Of a stretch of DNA of 62,052 nt, positions 1-8,754 are shown piece by piece. The first letter of the stretch is position 1. Each line of letters starts with the position of its first letter. Below the pieces are notes generated by a model, which was given only the letters and a program-made list of their open reading frames with translations, was not told the DNA's origin and made no database searches. Where the stretch lies: the IMG/VR virus record IMGVR_UViG_3300021091_004741, positions 1-62,052 of that record. One strand, 5' to 3'. The position numbers and the translations under genes are program-made. The DNA is from a virus. Taxonomy: Duplodnaviria > Caudoviricetes.

Positions 1-1
1 G

Positions 2-997
2 AGTATTTGTAGGAGTTTCAGTATTAGTTGGTGTTTGAGTTGATGTCTCCGTAGGAGTATTTGTAGGAGTTACACTTGGAGTAGATGTTGGAGTTTCAGT
101 GTTAGTTGGTGTTTGAGTTGGAGTTTCCGTTGGTGTATTTGTAGGAGTTTCAGTGTTAGTTGGTGTTTGAGTTGGTGTTGGAGAAACAAGACATCCATTC
201 GGGTCTTGGCTCGTAATTACACCAGCCCCTCCTGTTACTTGATACCAAGCAACGCCATCTGAGTAGTAACCGTTAGGTACTGTTGTTGTTAGACCCGAGT
301 CAGTATAAAGAACTTCACCAATGTTTGGACCAGGTCCATCACCAGGAGCGGCATAATATGTTGTTGGAGATGTTGAATAATTAGAACATGCGTTTAAATC
401 TACTGTAGGGTCATATCCAAAAACATATTCCCAATACGCTCTTGACGATGTTGGTGTTGTTGTTGGTGTCGTTGTTGGAGTTGGTGTTTCAGTTGTTGTT
501 GATGTCTGAGTTGGTGTTTTAGTTGGTGTTTGAGTTGTTGTTTTAGTTGGTGTTTGAGTCGCGGTTGGAGTTAGTCCTATTGTGACTGAAGGTGTAACCG
601 TCGAAGTTTGAGTCTTAGTTGGTGTATTAGTTGTAGTGTTTGTTGGTGAACTTGTGTTCGTTGGTGTTACAGTTGGCGTTTGTGTTTGTGTCTCAGTCGC
701 CGTCGGTGTCAATCCCGTTGTGACGGTCGGTGTTGGAGTTTGGGTCGGTGTTATTGTCGGTGTTGGACTTAAGGTAGGGGTTGGTGTTGCTGAAGGACAC
801 GGAACTGAAATTGTACAAACATCTCCGTAGGTTGGTATGAAACATGAATATATACCATAAAAATATTGATTATCATAGTTAAAAGGTAGAACCTGTGTCC
901 CTAAATAAATTGTTCCACCTGAACAAGGGAAAAATGTTACATCAGCACTTAATCCGCTAAAATTGATACTAGAAATTTCTACACCGCAAAAGTCCAT
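2..997 (-). CDS. Thr/Pro-rich (TPTPT mucin-like) putative virion fibre/surface protein, 3'-partial (runs off window start)
   Basis: Absent from the ORF track because it is open at the edge. ATG at 997 on the minus strand reads MDFCGVEISSINFSGLSADVTFFPCSGGTIYLG..., followed by long TPTxTPT tracts alternating with small Cys-bounded domains. A TATTTAT motif lies 4 nt upstream. Confidence 0.75.
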   Translation of the reverse strand, partial: MDFCGVEISSINFSGLSADVTFFPCSGGTIYLGTQVLPFNYDNQYFYGIYSCFIPTYGDVCTISVPCPSATPTPTLSPTPTITPTQTPTPTVTTGLTPTATETQTQTPTVTPTNTSSPTNTTTNTPTKTQTSTVTPSVTIGLTPTATQTPTKTTTQTPTKTPTQTSTTTETPTPTTTPTTTPTSSRAYWEYVFGYDPTVDLNACSNYSTSPTTYYAAPGDGPGPNIGEVLYTDSGLTTTVPNGYYSDGVAWYQVTGGAGVITSQDPNGCLVSPTPTQTPTNTETPTNTPTETPTQTPTNTETPTSTPSVTPTNTPTETSTQTPTNTETPTNT

Positions 998-1034
998 GAC
1001 AATAAATAGTTAATAATTAGAACTTGGATTTGTA

Positions 1035-1598
1035 CTAACAAACCCCCACATTGATAATTCGTGTACCACTAATTTGTATGAATCTTGCTCCGTCCGAAAT
1101 TGTAAAGTTTGTGCCCACAGGTGGTATTGTCAACATGGAATCCCCATAAACATGGTCCCCAATTCTAAGTTGGTCGAACGGCTTTGACATATACACCAAG
1201 ACGTTTTTAGGATTAGCAAATTGATTTACTGAATTACAAACATCTTGATACCATCCCCCTGTTCTCATATTTCTCATATAAACAGTTGTTGGTGTTTGAG
1301 TGGGCGTAGGTGTATATGTTGGTGTTGGGGTTTGTGTTATTGGTGTACAGGATAAACTGACAGTCGGAGTTACACTTGGTGTTACACTCGGAGTAGGTGT
1401 TGAAGAGGGGCACAATCCCATATTAATAATTGTTAATGGTGCACTATATCCTTCAACAATTATATTTTGAGCACAAACATATTCTGAACTAATTGTTTGT
1501 ATGGACGATACGCTAACCACACCAGTACATCCTGTATATCTGTAATACCCTTCTTGGATATTATTATAATTTGTTATATAGTAATAATAACATGACAT
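1035..1598 (-). CDS. Thr/Pro- and Cys-rich putative virion protein
   Basis: 187 aa with a central STPTPSVTPSVTPT...TPTPTYTPTPTQTPT linker between small Cys-containing domains; same architecture as the neighbouring gene. Confidence 0.7.
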   Translation of the reverse strand: MSCYYYYITNYNNIQEGYYRYTGCTGVVSVSSIQTISSEYVCAQNIIVEGYSAPLTIINMGLCPSSTPTPSVTPSVTPTVSLSCTPITQTPTPTYTPTPTQTPTTVYMRNMRTGGWYQDVCNSVNQFANPKNVLVYMSKPFDQLRIGDHVYGDSMLTIPPVGTNFTISDGARFIQISGTRIINVGVC

Positions 1599-3499
1599 TA
1601 TACGCAGGGTATCGAAATGTAAACCAAATCACAAATTGGAATTACTATTCTGCAATTCAAACAATTAGGGTCCAAAAGATTATATTTGTTTTTTTGAACT
1701 CTGAAATTATGCCTTATTTGAGAAGCGTTTAGAGGTTCGGTATACATTCTAAATGCACTTATATCTCCTATCATGCTTCCACCAAAATATTCTTCCAACT
1801 TAACGTGTGTTGTAAGACCCGAATAAATCGTATGATTCAAATCATATGTCGTTAAGCATTCGGGGTCTTGTTGATAAAGAATCTCATCTATGGTTGCAGG
1901 GCAACCTCCTGAAAAAGTCAAATTATCGTGCAATCCTTGAGTACCCCCACCTAAGGAGATGTTGTATGAAACTCCGATTTGTTTTTCCTTTTCTGCATTC
2001 AAAAGTCTTGGAATAATTTCCTCGAAGTTTCTTACAACCATGAAAAGTCTTCCGTTCACATAAAATTTCATTGTGCCCAATCTATATTTTTCTTGTTCGG
2101 TCCAATTGTCATTGAAAGTTACAACTTCCGTGAATGGCGGATTATAATTTTCTTCATGGGTTAGTGGAGGTTCGATTAATGTTATACTTCTATCTTCTAT
2201 GGTTGCGAAATATTCTTCTTTGACTAAAATAGCTAAACCACCTTTGTCATATAAATCACAGGTATTGAACCATTCATTTCTTTGAAATACAGCATCAATT
2301 TGAACCCAATGTTCTACATTCGGATAAGTTGTACCACTACAGTCATAAAAAATACCTCTTGATGAACACCACTCTGTGACCGATGTTCCTGTAACATAGG
2401 TTACTCCTGTTAGACATGTTCCAGTGTGCTCACAACCTCCAGTAATCCTATATGTTTTAACGCACAGACGGGGATTACCCGTATCTCCACTCAACCTCAA
2501 AGACAAGGCATTAGAAACCCCATCATAAAGTGGGTCTTTTTCGGCGTATTCTGCATTTGATTCACATGCACACGGCTCACAACAATTACATTGTACAATT
2601 GTACCTCCCGATTGTTGGTATACTTCCATACAAGTAGAGGCGGTATTTGCAGAACTACAACAACCACAAGTATGCATACAAGTTAAACCTGAAGTCACTC
2701 TTGTATATCCTGTATCTTGTTTTGGATGTCCGTCTGGATAATGATAAAACTTATTTTCAGCTCTAGCGCCTATGTAAAAGAAAGTACCTTTGTTCTCGGG
2801 ATATCTTGCATTCAAACCAACATTTGTATCACCCGTCCATCTATACCTTAATAAAAACTCAGCAGTCCAACCTAAACTAACTCTCTGTGGAAATACTTGA
2901 TAATCGTAACCAGGGATTTTATAAAACCCTTGATAAAAACCACCATCAAATCTTATATAATATCCAATATCTCCCCCATCAGTGGCGAAGTGTAAATTAT
3001 AATTGTAAGACCCATCATTCCATAATCTATTCTGAGTTGTTGTGAATCCCGTTATTGGGTGGAGCTTCATCCTTCTATCATACTTGTATCTACTGAACTT
3101 ATCTGTAAGGTTTGTGTAAAGACCAGTTGTAATTTCGATTGTTTCCCCTGACATTTTCTTCACCAAACCATTATCTATACCAGTCAAACCCACATCACAT
3201 AATTCTGTAACTTTTGGACAAATATTAGGGTTTACGTCCAATGGATTCCAATAGTTTTCCGAGACAATAGTATCACTGCTAAAAACACATCCTGTTTGGC
3301 AAAGTGTGGTTGCAGAACTATTGAAGTCAAACCTGAATGGCATTCGATTACCGTCATCCTCTCCAATGAGTAATGGAGAAAAAATAACCTCTTGGTCGTA
3401 AGTTCTTTCATCCGACGCGAGACATATGTCAGTAATCTCGTTGACAGGCAAAAGACCCCATCTCCTATAATTGTATTGATTTATATTCTGATAAGACAT
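1598..3499 (-). CDS. Cys-rich structural protein with C-terminal concanavalin A/LamG-like fold
   Basis: 633 aa; MKFYVNG and GDISAFRMYTEPLNASQI match LamG-like signatures; many Cys clusters. Confidence 0.6.
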   Translation of the reverse strand: MSYQNINQYNYRRWGLLPVNEITDICLASDERTYDQEVIFSPLLIGEDDGNRMPFRFDFNSSATTLCQTGCVFSSDTIVSENYWNPLDVNPNICPKVTELCDVGLTGIDNGLVKKMSGETIEITTGLYTNLTDKFSRYKYDRRMKLHPITGFTTTQNRLWNDGSYNYNLHFATDGGDIGYYIRFDGGFYQGFYKIPGYDYQVFPQRVSLGWTAEFLLRYRWTGDTNVGLNARYPENKGTFFYIGARAENKFYHYPDGHPKQDTGYTRVTSGLTCMHTCGCCSSANTASTCMEVYQQSGGTIVQCNCCEPCACESNAEYAEKDPLYDGVSNALSLRLSGDTGNPRLCVKTYRITGGCEHTGTCLTGVTYVTGTSVTEWCSSRGIFYDCSGTTYPNVEHWVQIDAVFQRNEWFNTCDLYDKGGLAILVKEEYFATIEDRSITLIEPPLTHEENYNPPFTEVVTFNDNWTEQEKYRLGTMKFYVNGRLFMVVRNFEEIIPRLLNAEKEKQIGVSYNISLGGGTQGLHDNLTFSGGCPATIDEILYQQDPECLTTYDLNHTIYSGLTTHVKLEEYFGGSMIGDISAFRMYTEPLNASQIRHNFRVQKNKYNLLDPNCLNCRIVIPICDLVYISIPCV

Positions 3500-3508
3500 A
3501 AACTAATG

Positions 3509-3535
3509 ATAAATACCTTAAGACCTAGTATTTAT
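3509..3535. promoter_or_regulatory. Back-to-back TATTTAT putative late promoters between divergent genes
   Basis: Inverted repeat ATAAATAC-N11-GTATTTAT in the short gap between the ATG at 3499 (-) and the ATG at 3551 (+). Confidence 0.55.
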
Positions 3536-3550
3536 AGTTTAAAGATTGTG

Positions 3551-4375
3551 ATGATTAAATCAGACCAAGAATATTTCAACTCACCGTATTATTTTCTTTT
3601 GAGAGATAAAGGGAATAATTATTCACTTTATTTTTCATCTGAATCAACTTTGACTGAAGCCAGAAAAAATGATGTCAATATTAAGGTTCCAAGGGAAAAA
3701 GTTGAGGCAGTAAAAAAATATTTGGAGAAACTACTTAAGACTAAAAAAACAAAATCTACTAAAGAGGTAGGTGGAGAGATAGAGGAATTAGTCACTTTAG
3801 ACGGAGCAATGTCCAACTCGAGTATTCCTATTTTAGACCCAGCATTACACCCAAGAAAAACTATGGACCAAACCGTTGCAGCATCTAGGATTACAAACGA
3901 CCCAATATCAAGAGGTTATAGAACATATTATGGTGAATCGGTTGAGGTTTCTGAAGAGGATATGTCAGGTGCTTTTGGTTATGAAGAAACCAAAGACTTA
4001 GACGGGAAAGAAACTTACAAGTATTTCAAAGACGAATTGGAAATGGAACCCGATGAGGCTAAGGAACGTACTAAACAACAAGGAAAAGACCCTTACGGAA
4101 AACGTGATAAAAAATCCAAGTTTAAAAATGACCCGAACTTTATCTCAAGACAAATCCTTCCTGAAATCCAAAAAGAAAAAGCAATTAAAATGATTGAAGA
4201 TTTTCTCATGGATAAAAAGAAAGAAAAAAAAGATAAAGGAGAAATTAATAAGAAAGAAAAAGAAGAAGTTGAAGTTTCTTCGATTTTGAAAAAAAACCTC
4301 AAATCTTTGATGAGACAAATGGATAAAGAAGGTTTATCAAAAAAGGATATTATAAAATTATTGAACAGTGAATAA
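3551..4375 (+). CDS. Hypothetical charged phage protein (possible internal head protein)
   Basis: Track ORF 3392..4375; start moved to the ATG at 3551 to avoid overlap with the divergent gene and to follow the TATTTAT motif. Lys/Glu-rich. Confidence 0.7.
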   Translation: MIKSDQEYFNSPYYFLLRDKGNNYSLYFSSESTLTEARKNDVNIKVPREKVEAVKKYLEKLLKTKKTKSTKEVGGEIEELVTLDGAMSNSSIPILDPALHPRKTMDQTVAASRITNDPISRGYRTYYGESVEVSEEDMSGAFGYEETKDLDGKETYKYFKDELEMEPDEAKERTKQQGKDPYGKRDKKSKFKNDPNFISRQILPEIQKEKAIKMIEDFLMDKKKEKKDKGEINKKEKEEVEVSSILKKNLKSLMRQMDKEGLSKKDIIKLLNSE

Positions 4376-4847
4376 GGATTTATACAATACCGTCCAAGGA
4401 GTTATTGAGTTTCCTGAAGACAAAAGGGAACACATGAAAGTATGTTTTGCTAAAGTGAAAGATGCGAATAAAAGTATTGATGGATTTATGAGAAACCAAG
4501 AACTTCAAAATCAAGAAACTATTGACTACAAACAACTAAAGAGAATTAAAAACTTTTTTGACAATTATAAAGGAAATCAAAATGAACCTTCATTCATTTT
4601 GAATGGTGGTGCAATTATGAAAAATTGGGTGGATGATGAATTAAGAAAAATGAGAGACTATGGTCATCTTACCGCAAAAAACAAAATGGATACCGGAATG
4701 GAAAACCAATTCATTGACCCACATACCAAAGACAGTATTGTAGATATGAACAGACCGTCCAAATCTCATACAAGACCAGTCGACAGATATAATGCTGCTG
4801 TCACTGAAAGCCTCAAAAGAATAAACGAATTAATAACTAAAATCTAA
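4368..4847 (+). CDS. Hypothetical protein
   Basis: 159-aa ORF with GTG start, overlapping the previous stop, in an operon-like run. Confidence 0.7.
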   Translation: MNKDLYNTVQGVIEFPEDKREHMKVCFAKVKDANKSIDGFMRNQELQNQETIDYKQLKRIKNFFDNYKGNQNEPSFILNGGAIMKNWVDDELRKMRDYGHLTAKNKMDTGMENQFIDPHTKDSIVDMNRPSKSHTRPVDRYNAAVTESLKRINELITKI

Positions 4848-4851
4848 TTTT

Positions 4852-5145
4852 ATGGCAGAACAACTTTCACTAGATTTGACTCAAACAGAAAAAAATGCAC
4901 TCACCTTGATTGCAGATGTTGAGAGAGCAAAATTAATTCCTAAGAACGACTTCAATGCGGTCGGTAATCCATATTCTTCAGTGAATAGAGATGCTGTTGC
5001 CGATGGAGACTCTATGGGTAGAGGAACAGGTTCATTTTTGGACGTATACAATGTGAACGCTGGAACTATAGACGATGTTGTTGAAAGGAAAAACGAAATA
5101 AAAATCAATAAGTTTAACTCAAATAAAACCTACCCTGATTTCTAA
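4852..5145 (+). CDS. Hypothetical protein
   Basis: 97-aa ORF, tightly packed, TAATG coupling to the next gene. Confidence 0.7.
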   Translation: MAEQLSLDLTQTEKNALTLIADVERAKLIPKNDFNAVGNPYSSVNRDAVADGDSMGRGTGSFLDVYNVNAGTIDDVVERKNEIKINKFNSNKTYPDF

Positions 5146-5552
5146 TGAGACTTACTGAGTCACTAAAGGGACTACTTCTTGAGATTGCTTCAATTGATAC
5201 TGTACAAAACGCAATCAAAAATAGGCAAGTCTGTGTTATATACTACGACGGAGACGAGCCAGGTGGAAGAGGTATTCGTGAGGTTGAACCAGTTGCTCTT
5301 GGTAAAAGCCAAGCAGGTAATTTGGTTATGAGAGGATGGGACAGAGAAGGTGCTTCCCACACAGCTTACAAAGGTGAACAACCCTTACCAAGTTGGAGAC
5401 TTTTCAGATTGGATAAAATTTTATCTTGTAAACCGACTGGTGAAATTTACAATCAACCAAGGCCCAACTATAATTTCAATGGAGATAAAAGTATGTCAAG
5501 TGTAATAATAATCGCTAAGTTTGACAACACTCCACAACAACAAGCAGCTTAA
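5145..5552 (+). CDS. Stand-alone WYL-domain protein
   Basis: AIKNRQVCVIYY...REVEPVALG...LVMRGWD...WRLFRLDKI matches the WYL pattern (R.vePy.l...wYl.g......R.FrldRI); no HTH domain. Confidence 0.8.
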   Translation: MRLTESLKGLLLEIASIDTVQNAIKNRQVCVIYYDGDEPGGRGIREVEPVALGKSQAGNLVMRGWDREGASHTAYKGEQPLPSWRLFRLDKILSCKPTGEIYNQPRPNYNFNGDKSMSSVIIIAKFDNTPQQQAA

Positions 5553-5553
5553 T

Positions 5554-6174
5554 ATGAACGAAAACGATTTAATGCAAAAACTAATCCATTCGAAAAAAAT
5601 TATGGATTTCGGTGAAGGAACAAAACCCACCAAGCGTAGTGAGACGCCTCAATCACTTTCTCGTCCAATGGTCGAGGATTTTGACATGCCGCAAGTAAAA
5701 TACAATATCCCACAAGAGTTTTTACAAGAACAACCTCAAATACCATATCTTTCCTCAGTACCAAGGGAAAATACAAAACCTGTAGGTGTTCCAACAGTTG
5801 AGGCTATCAAAAATTCTAAATTACCTGATGAGATAAAAAGATTGATGATTGAAAACCCAATCGCTCAACCTCAAAGCCAACAAGTCTCAATTTCAAATGA
5901 GTTAGTTGAGAAGGCTTCACGTTTGATGAAATCTGAATCAAGTAATTACATCCCTGAGTCTGCAAAAAACACAAAAAAAACCATAACAAACAGTTCTTCA
6001 TCGAGTGTAGACTATAATGAACTAAAAAAAATGGTTAAACTTGCAGTTGAAGAATCCCTGAGAGAAAATGGAATGTTAACCGAATCAACAGAGAAATCAA
6101 ATGAGTTTTTCTCATTTAAAGTCGGAAAACATATTTTTGAAGGAAAAGTTACAAAAATTAAAAAAGTTTCCTAA
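5554..6174 (+). CDS. Hypothetical protein (possible head-associated)
   Basis: Track ORF 5521..6174; the ATG at 5554 directly after the previous stop is the likelier start. Confidence 0.7.
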   Translation: MNENDLMQKLIHSKKIMDFGEGTKPTKRSETPQSLSRPMVEDFDMPQVKYNIPQEFLQEQPQIPYLSSVPRENTKPVGVPTVEAIKNSKLPDEIKRLMIENPIAQPQSQQVSISNELVEKASRLMKSESSNYIPESAKNTKKTITNSSSSSVDYNELKKMVKLAVEESLRENGMLTESTEKSNEFFSFKVGKHIFEGKVTKIKKVS

Positions 6175-6224
6175 CCCTTTTTTTATTAGGCGTAAGTTAT
6201 TATATTTTATGAATATTTTAATTT

Positions 6225-7436
6225 ATGTCAAAAATAAATGTACTAGTTGTGCCATCAGATAAAACTGGTGTCGGTAAGTTCAGGTCTGTAGACCCTCACG
6301 TTTTTTTACAAAATCAATTTCCCGAAGAATTCCATGTTGATATCATTTATGATGTTCCATATGATGATTTAACTTTTTGGAACAAATATCAAATAGTTGC
6401 TTGTCACAGGAGCTTAGGCCCTGACTTTGAGAAAGCAAATAGACTTCTTCAGATGTTATCTTCTATTGGTATTATTACTATTGTAGATATTGATGATTAT
6501 TGGATGCCAGGAAAAGAACATCCAATTCACGATGTAATTAATTTCAATAAAATCAACGAAAAAATTGTCGCTAATCTTCGTGTTGCAAACTACGTTACAA
6601 CTACAACGAGTTTATTCGCAAATGAAATAAAAAAAATTAATAAAAACGTTTTTGTATTTCCTAACGCCATCAATCCTGACGAACCACAATTCAAAGAAAA
6701 GACCGAACCATCAGAGAGATTGCGAATCGGATGGCTTGGGGGTTCTTCACACTTTCACGATTTGGAATTATTAGACAAATCATTTTCAAAATTGACAAAA
6801 TATAGCGACAAATTACAATATGTACTTTGTGGGTTTGATACAAGAGGAACCGTGACTGAAATTAATTCTCAAACTGGTGAACACAAGAAAAGAAATATAA
6901 AACCATCCGAAACCGTTTGGGCTAAGTATGAGAAGATATTTACACAAGATTTTTCCATACTTTCTGAAAATTATAAAAAATTCCTTATTGATTATACACA
7001 AGGCGACTTCCCTAATCAAGATAAAGAAGCTTACGTAAGAGTTTGGACAAAACCTGTAACATCTTACGCTAAAAATTATTCTAAGTTCGACGTTTCTCTC
7101 GCGCCAATTAAGAATACAATGTTCAATAGAATGAAATCTCAACTGAAGGTTATTGAGGCAGGTTTCTATAAAAAAGCAATAATTGCAACAAACTTAGGAC
7201 CCTACACAATAGATTTGAAACATTGTCTTCAAAATGGTAACTTTGTTGATGGTAATGCACTGTTAGTTGACGAAAATAGAAACCATTCTGATTGGGCCAA
7301 ATACATCGAGAAACTTTTGAAAAACCCTAACATGGTAACTGATATGGGTCAAAAATTATACGAAACAGTAAAAGATAAATATGATTTAAAAAAAGTGACA
7401 AAAGATAAAGCAGAATTCTACAAATCAGTTTTATGA
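6225..7436 (+). CDS. Glycosyltransferase, GT-B/GT4-like
   Basis: DIDDYW, RIGWLGGSSH, FDVSLAPI..FNRMKSQLKVIEAG motifs typical of phage GT4-like enzymes. Confidence 0.8.
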   Translation: MSKINVLVVPSDKTGVGKFRSVDPHVFLQNQFPEEFHVDIIYDVPYDDLTFWNKYQIVACHRSLGPDFEKANRLLQMLSSIGIITIVDIDDYWMPGKEHPIHDVINFNKINEKIVANLRVANYVTTTTSLFANEIKKINKNVFVFPNAINPDEPQFKEKTEPSERLRIGWLGGSSHFHDLELLDKSFSKLTKYSDKLQYVLCGFDTRGTVTEINSQTGEHKKRNIKPSETVWAKYEKIFTQDFSILSENYKKFLIDYTQGDFPNQDKEAYVRVWTKPVTSYAKNYSKFDVSLAPIKNTMFNRMKSQLKVIEAGFYKKAIIATNLGPYTIDLKHCLQNGNFVDGNALLVDENRNHSDWAKYIEKLLKNPNMVTDMGQKLYETVKDKYDLKKVTKDKAEFYKSVL

Positions 7437-8134
7437 TAAACGTACCTCTCAGTAAGATATTATTTTTAGACATTGAAACGGTTGGAATAGAACCTGATTG
7501 GGACTCACTCGTAGAGAAGAGACAATCACTATCATTCCAATTTGAAAACTATTTTGATTGGTTTCAAAAAAGATTTCCAGAGGATGCCGACAAACCTGTA
7601 GGACAAATGTTTGTTAATAGAGCGGCTCTTGTTCCTGAGTTTGCAAGAATCGCGTGTGTAAGTGTTGCATTCGTGACCGATAAAGGCGAAACGAGAATCC
7701 AATCTTTCAATGACCCCGATGAAAAAAAATTACTTTCAGAACTCAAAAAGTTACTCAAGAAGGTTGGTGATTTAGGGTTTTTTCTTTGTGGTCATAATGT
7801 AAAAGGATTTGATATTCCGATGTTGGCAAAAAGAATGATAATGAACGGGATTTACCCTCCGAAGATTTTACCAGGCCACGATACTAAACCATGGGAAGTG
7901 AAGGCTTTTGATACTAAAGAGTTTTGGCAATATGGTGGTTATGGTTCAATTGCGTCTTTAGAATTAATGTGCGTTTGTTTAGGTGTTGAATCTTCCAAAA
8001 CTATGGAAGTTACTGGCAATAAAGTTCATGAAGCTTTTTGGGTAAAAAAAGATTATGAGGGTATTCAAAAATATTGTGAAAAAGATGTAAGTGTTTTAAT
8101 AGATGTAATTCATAAACTTTCAAGTTTGAGATAA
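7433..8134 (+). CDS. DEDDy 3'-5' exonuclease (PolB exonuclease-like)
   Basis: ExoI FLDIETV, ExoII GHNVKGFDIPML, ExoIII YCEKDV. Confidence 0.85.
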   Translation: MINVPLSKILFLDIETVGIEPDWDSLVEKRQSLSFQFENYFDWFQKRFPEDADKPVGQMFVNRAALVPEFARIACVSVAFVTDKGETRIQSFNDPDEKKLLSELKKLLKKVGDLGFFLCGHNVKGFDIPMLAKRMIMNGIYPPKILPGHDTKPWEVKAFDTKEFWQYGGYGSIASLELMCVCLGVESSKTMEVTGNKVHEAFWVKKDYEGIQKYCEKDVSVLIDVIHKLSSLR

Positions 8135-8135
8135 T

Positions 8136-8750
8136 ATGCAAATTAATAATATGAACCCAAATATATGGGCAGAAATTATGAATCAATTCGAAAAGGTTAA
8201 ACGGGAAGCGGGTTATGAACCTGAGCTTGATACAATCAAAGAGATTGAATCAAGATTAGGATTCAGCTTTGATGAACTCGACGAAGAAATAAAGAGAACC
8301 GCATCAATCATAACTATAGAAGTTGAACTTATTCATAAAGAAGCCAAGTTTCCTTCTTTTGCTTTCCCCTCCGACTCAGGGTTTGATTTATTTTCTACTC
8401 AAGAAATATCTATCGGACCGTTTGGCAGAGTAGCAATACCGACAGGTCTTAAAATTAATTTTCCAAAAGGTTTCGAGATTCAAGTTAGAACCAAAAGTGG
8501 TTTAGCTTTAAATCAAGGTTTGATGGTTTTAAATTCACCTGGAACTGTTGACCAAGGATATACAGGTGAAATTATTGTCCCTCTCTTTAACGCAAATCCA
8601 CATGAAGTTAAAATACCAATAGGCATGAAAGTAGCACAGGCTGTTTTATGTCCAGTTATTAATGGTGAAATTATAAACTTTGAAAAGGTTGATAAAATAG
8701 GTGAAAAAGACCGTGGGAACAAAGGGTTCGGAAGCACCGGTATATTTTAG
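8136..8750 (+). CDS. dut: Trimeric dUTPase with N-terminal extension
   Basis: Motifs DSGFDL, RTKSGLA, GTVDQGYTGEI, AQAV and RGNKGFGSTG. Confidence 0.92.
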   Translation: MQINNMNPNIWAEIMNQFEKVKREAGYEPELDTIKEIESRLGFSFDELDEEIKRTASIITIEVELIHKEAKFPSFAFPSDSGFDLFSTQEISIGPFGRVAIPTGLKINFPKGFEIQVRTKSGLALNQGLMVLNSPGTVDQGYTGEIIVPLFNANPHEVKIPIGMKVAQAVLCPVINGEIINFEKVDKIGEKDRGNKGFGSTGIF

Positions 8751-8754
8751 AAAA

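Noticed and set aside
636-830. 64-aa Val/Gly-rich ORF on the plus strand
   Set aside because: Antisense shadow of the Thr/Pro codons of the minus-strand gene starting at 997.
3392-3550. Long N-terminal extensions from the ORF track (3392, 5521, 8701, 13781, 27320, 31378 starts)
   Set aside because: They overlap neighbouring genes; downstream ATGs adjacent to the previous stop or promoter motif fit better.
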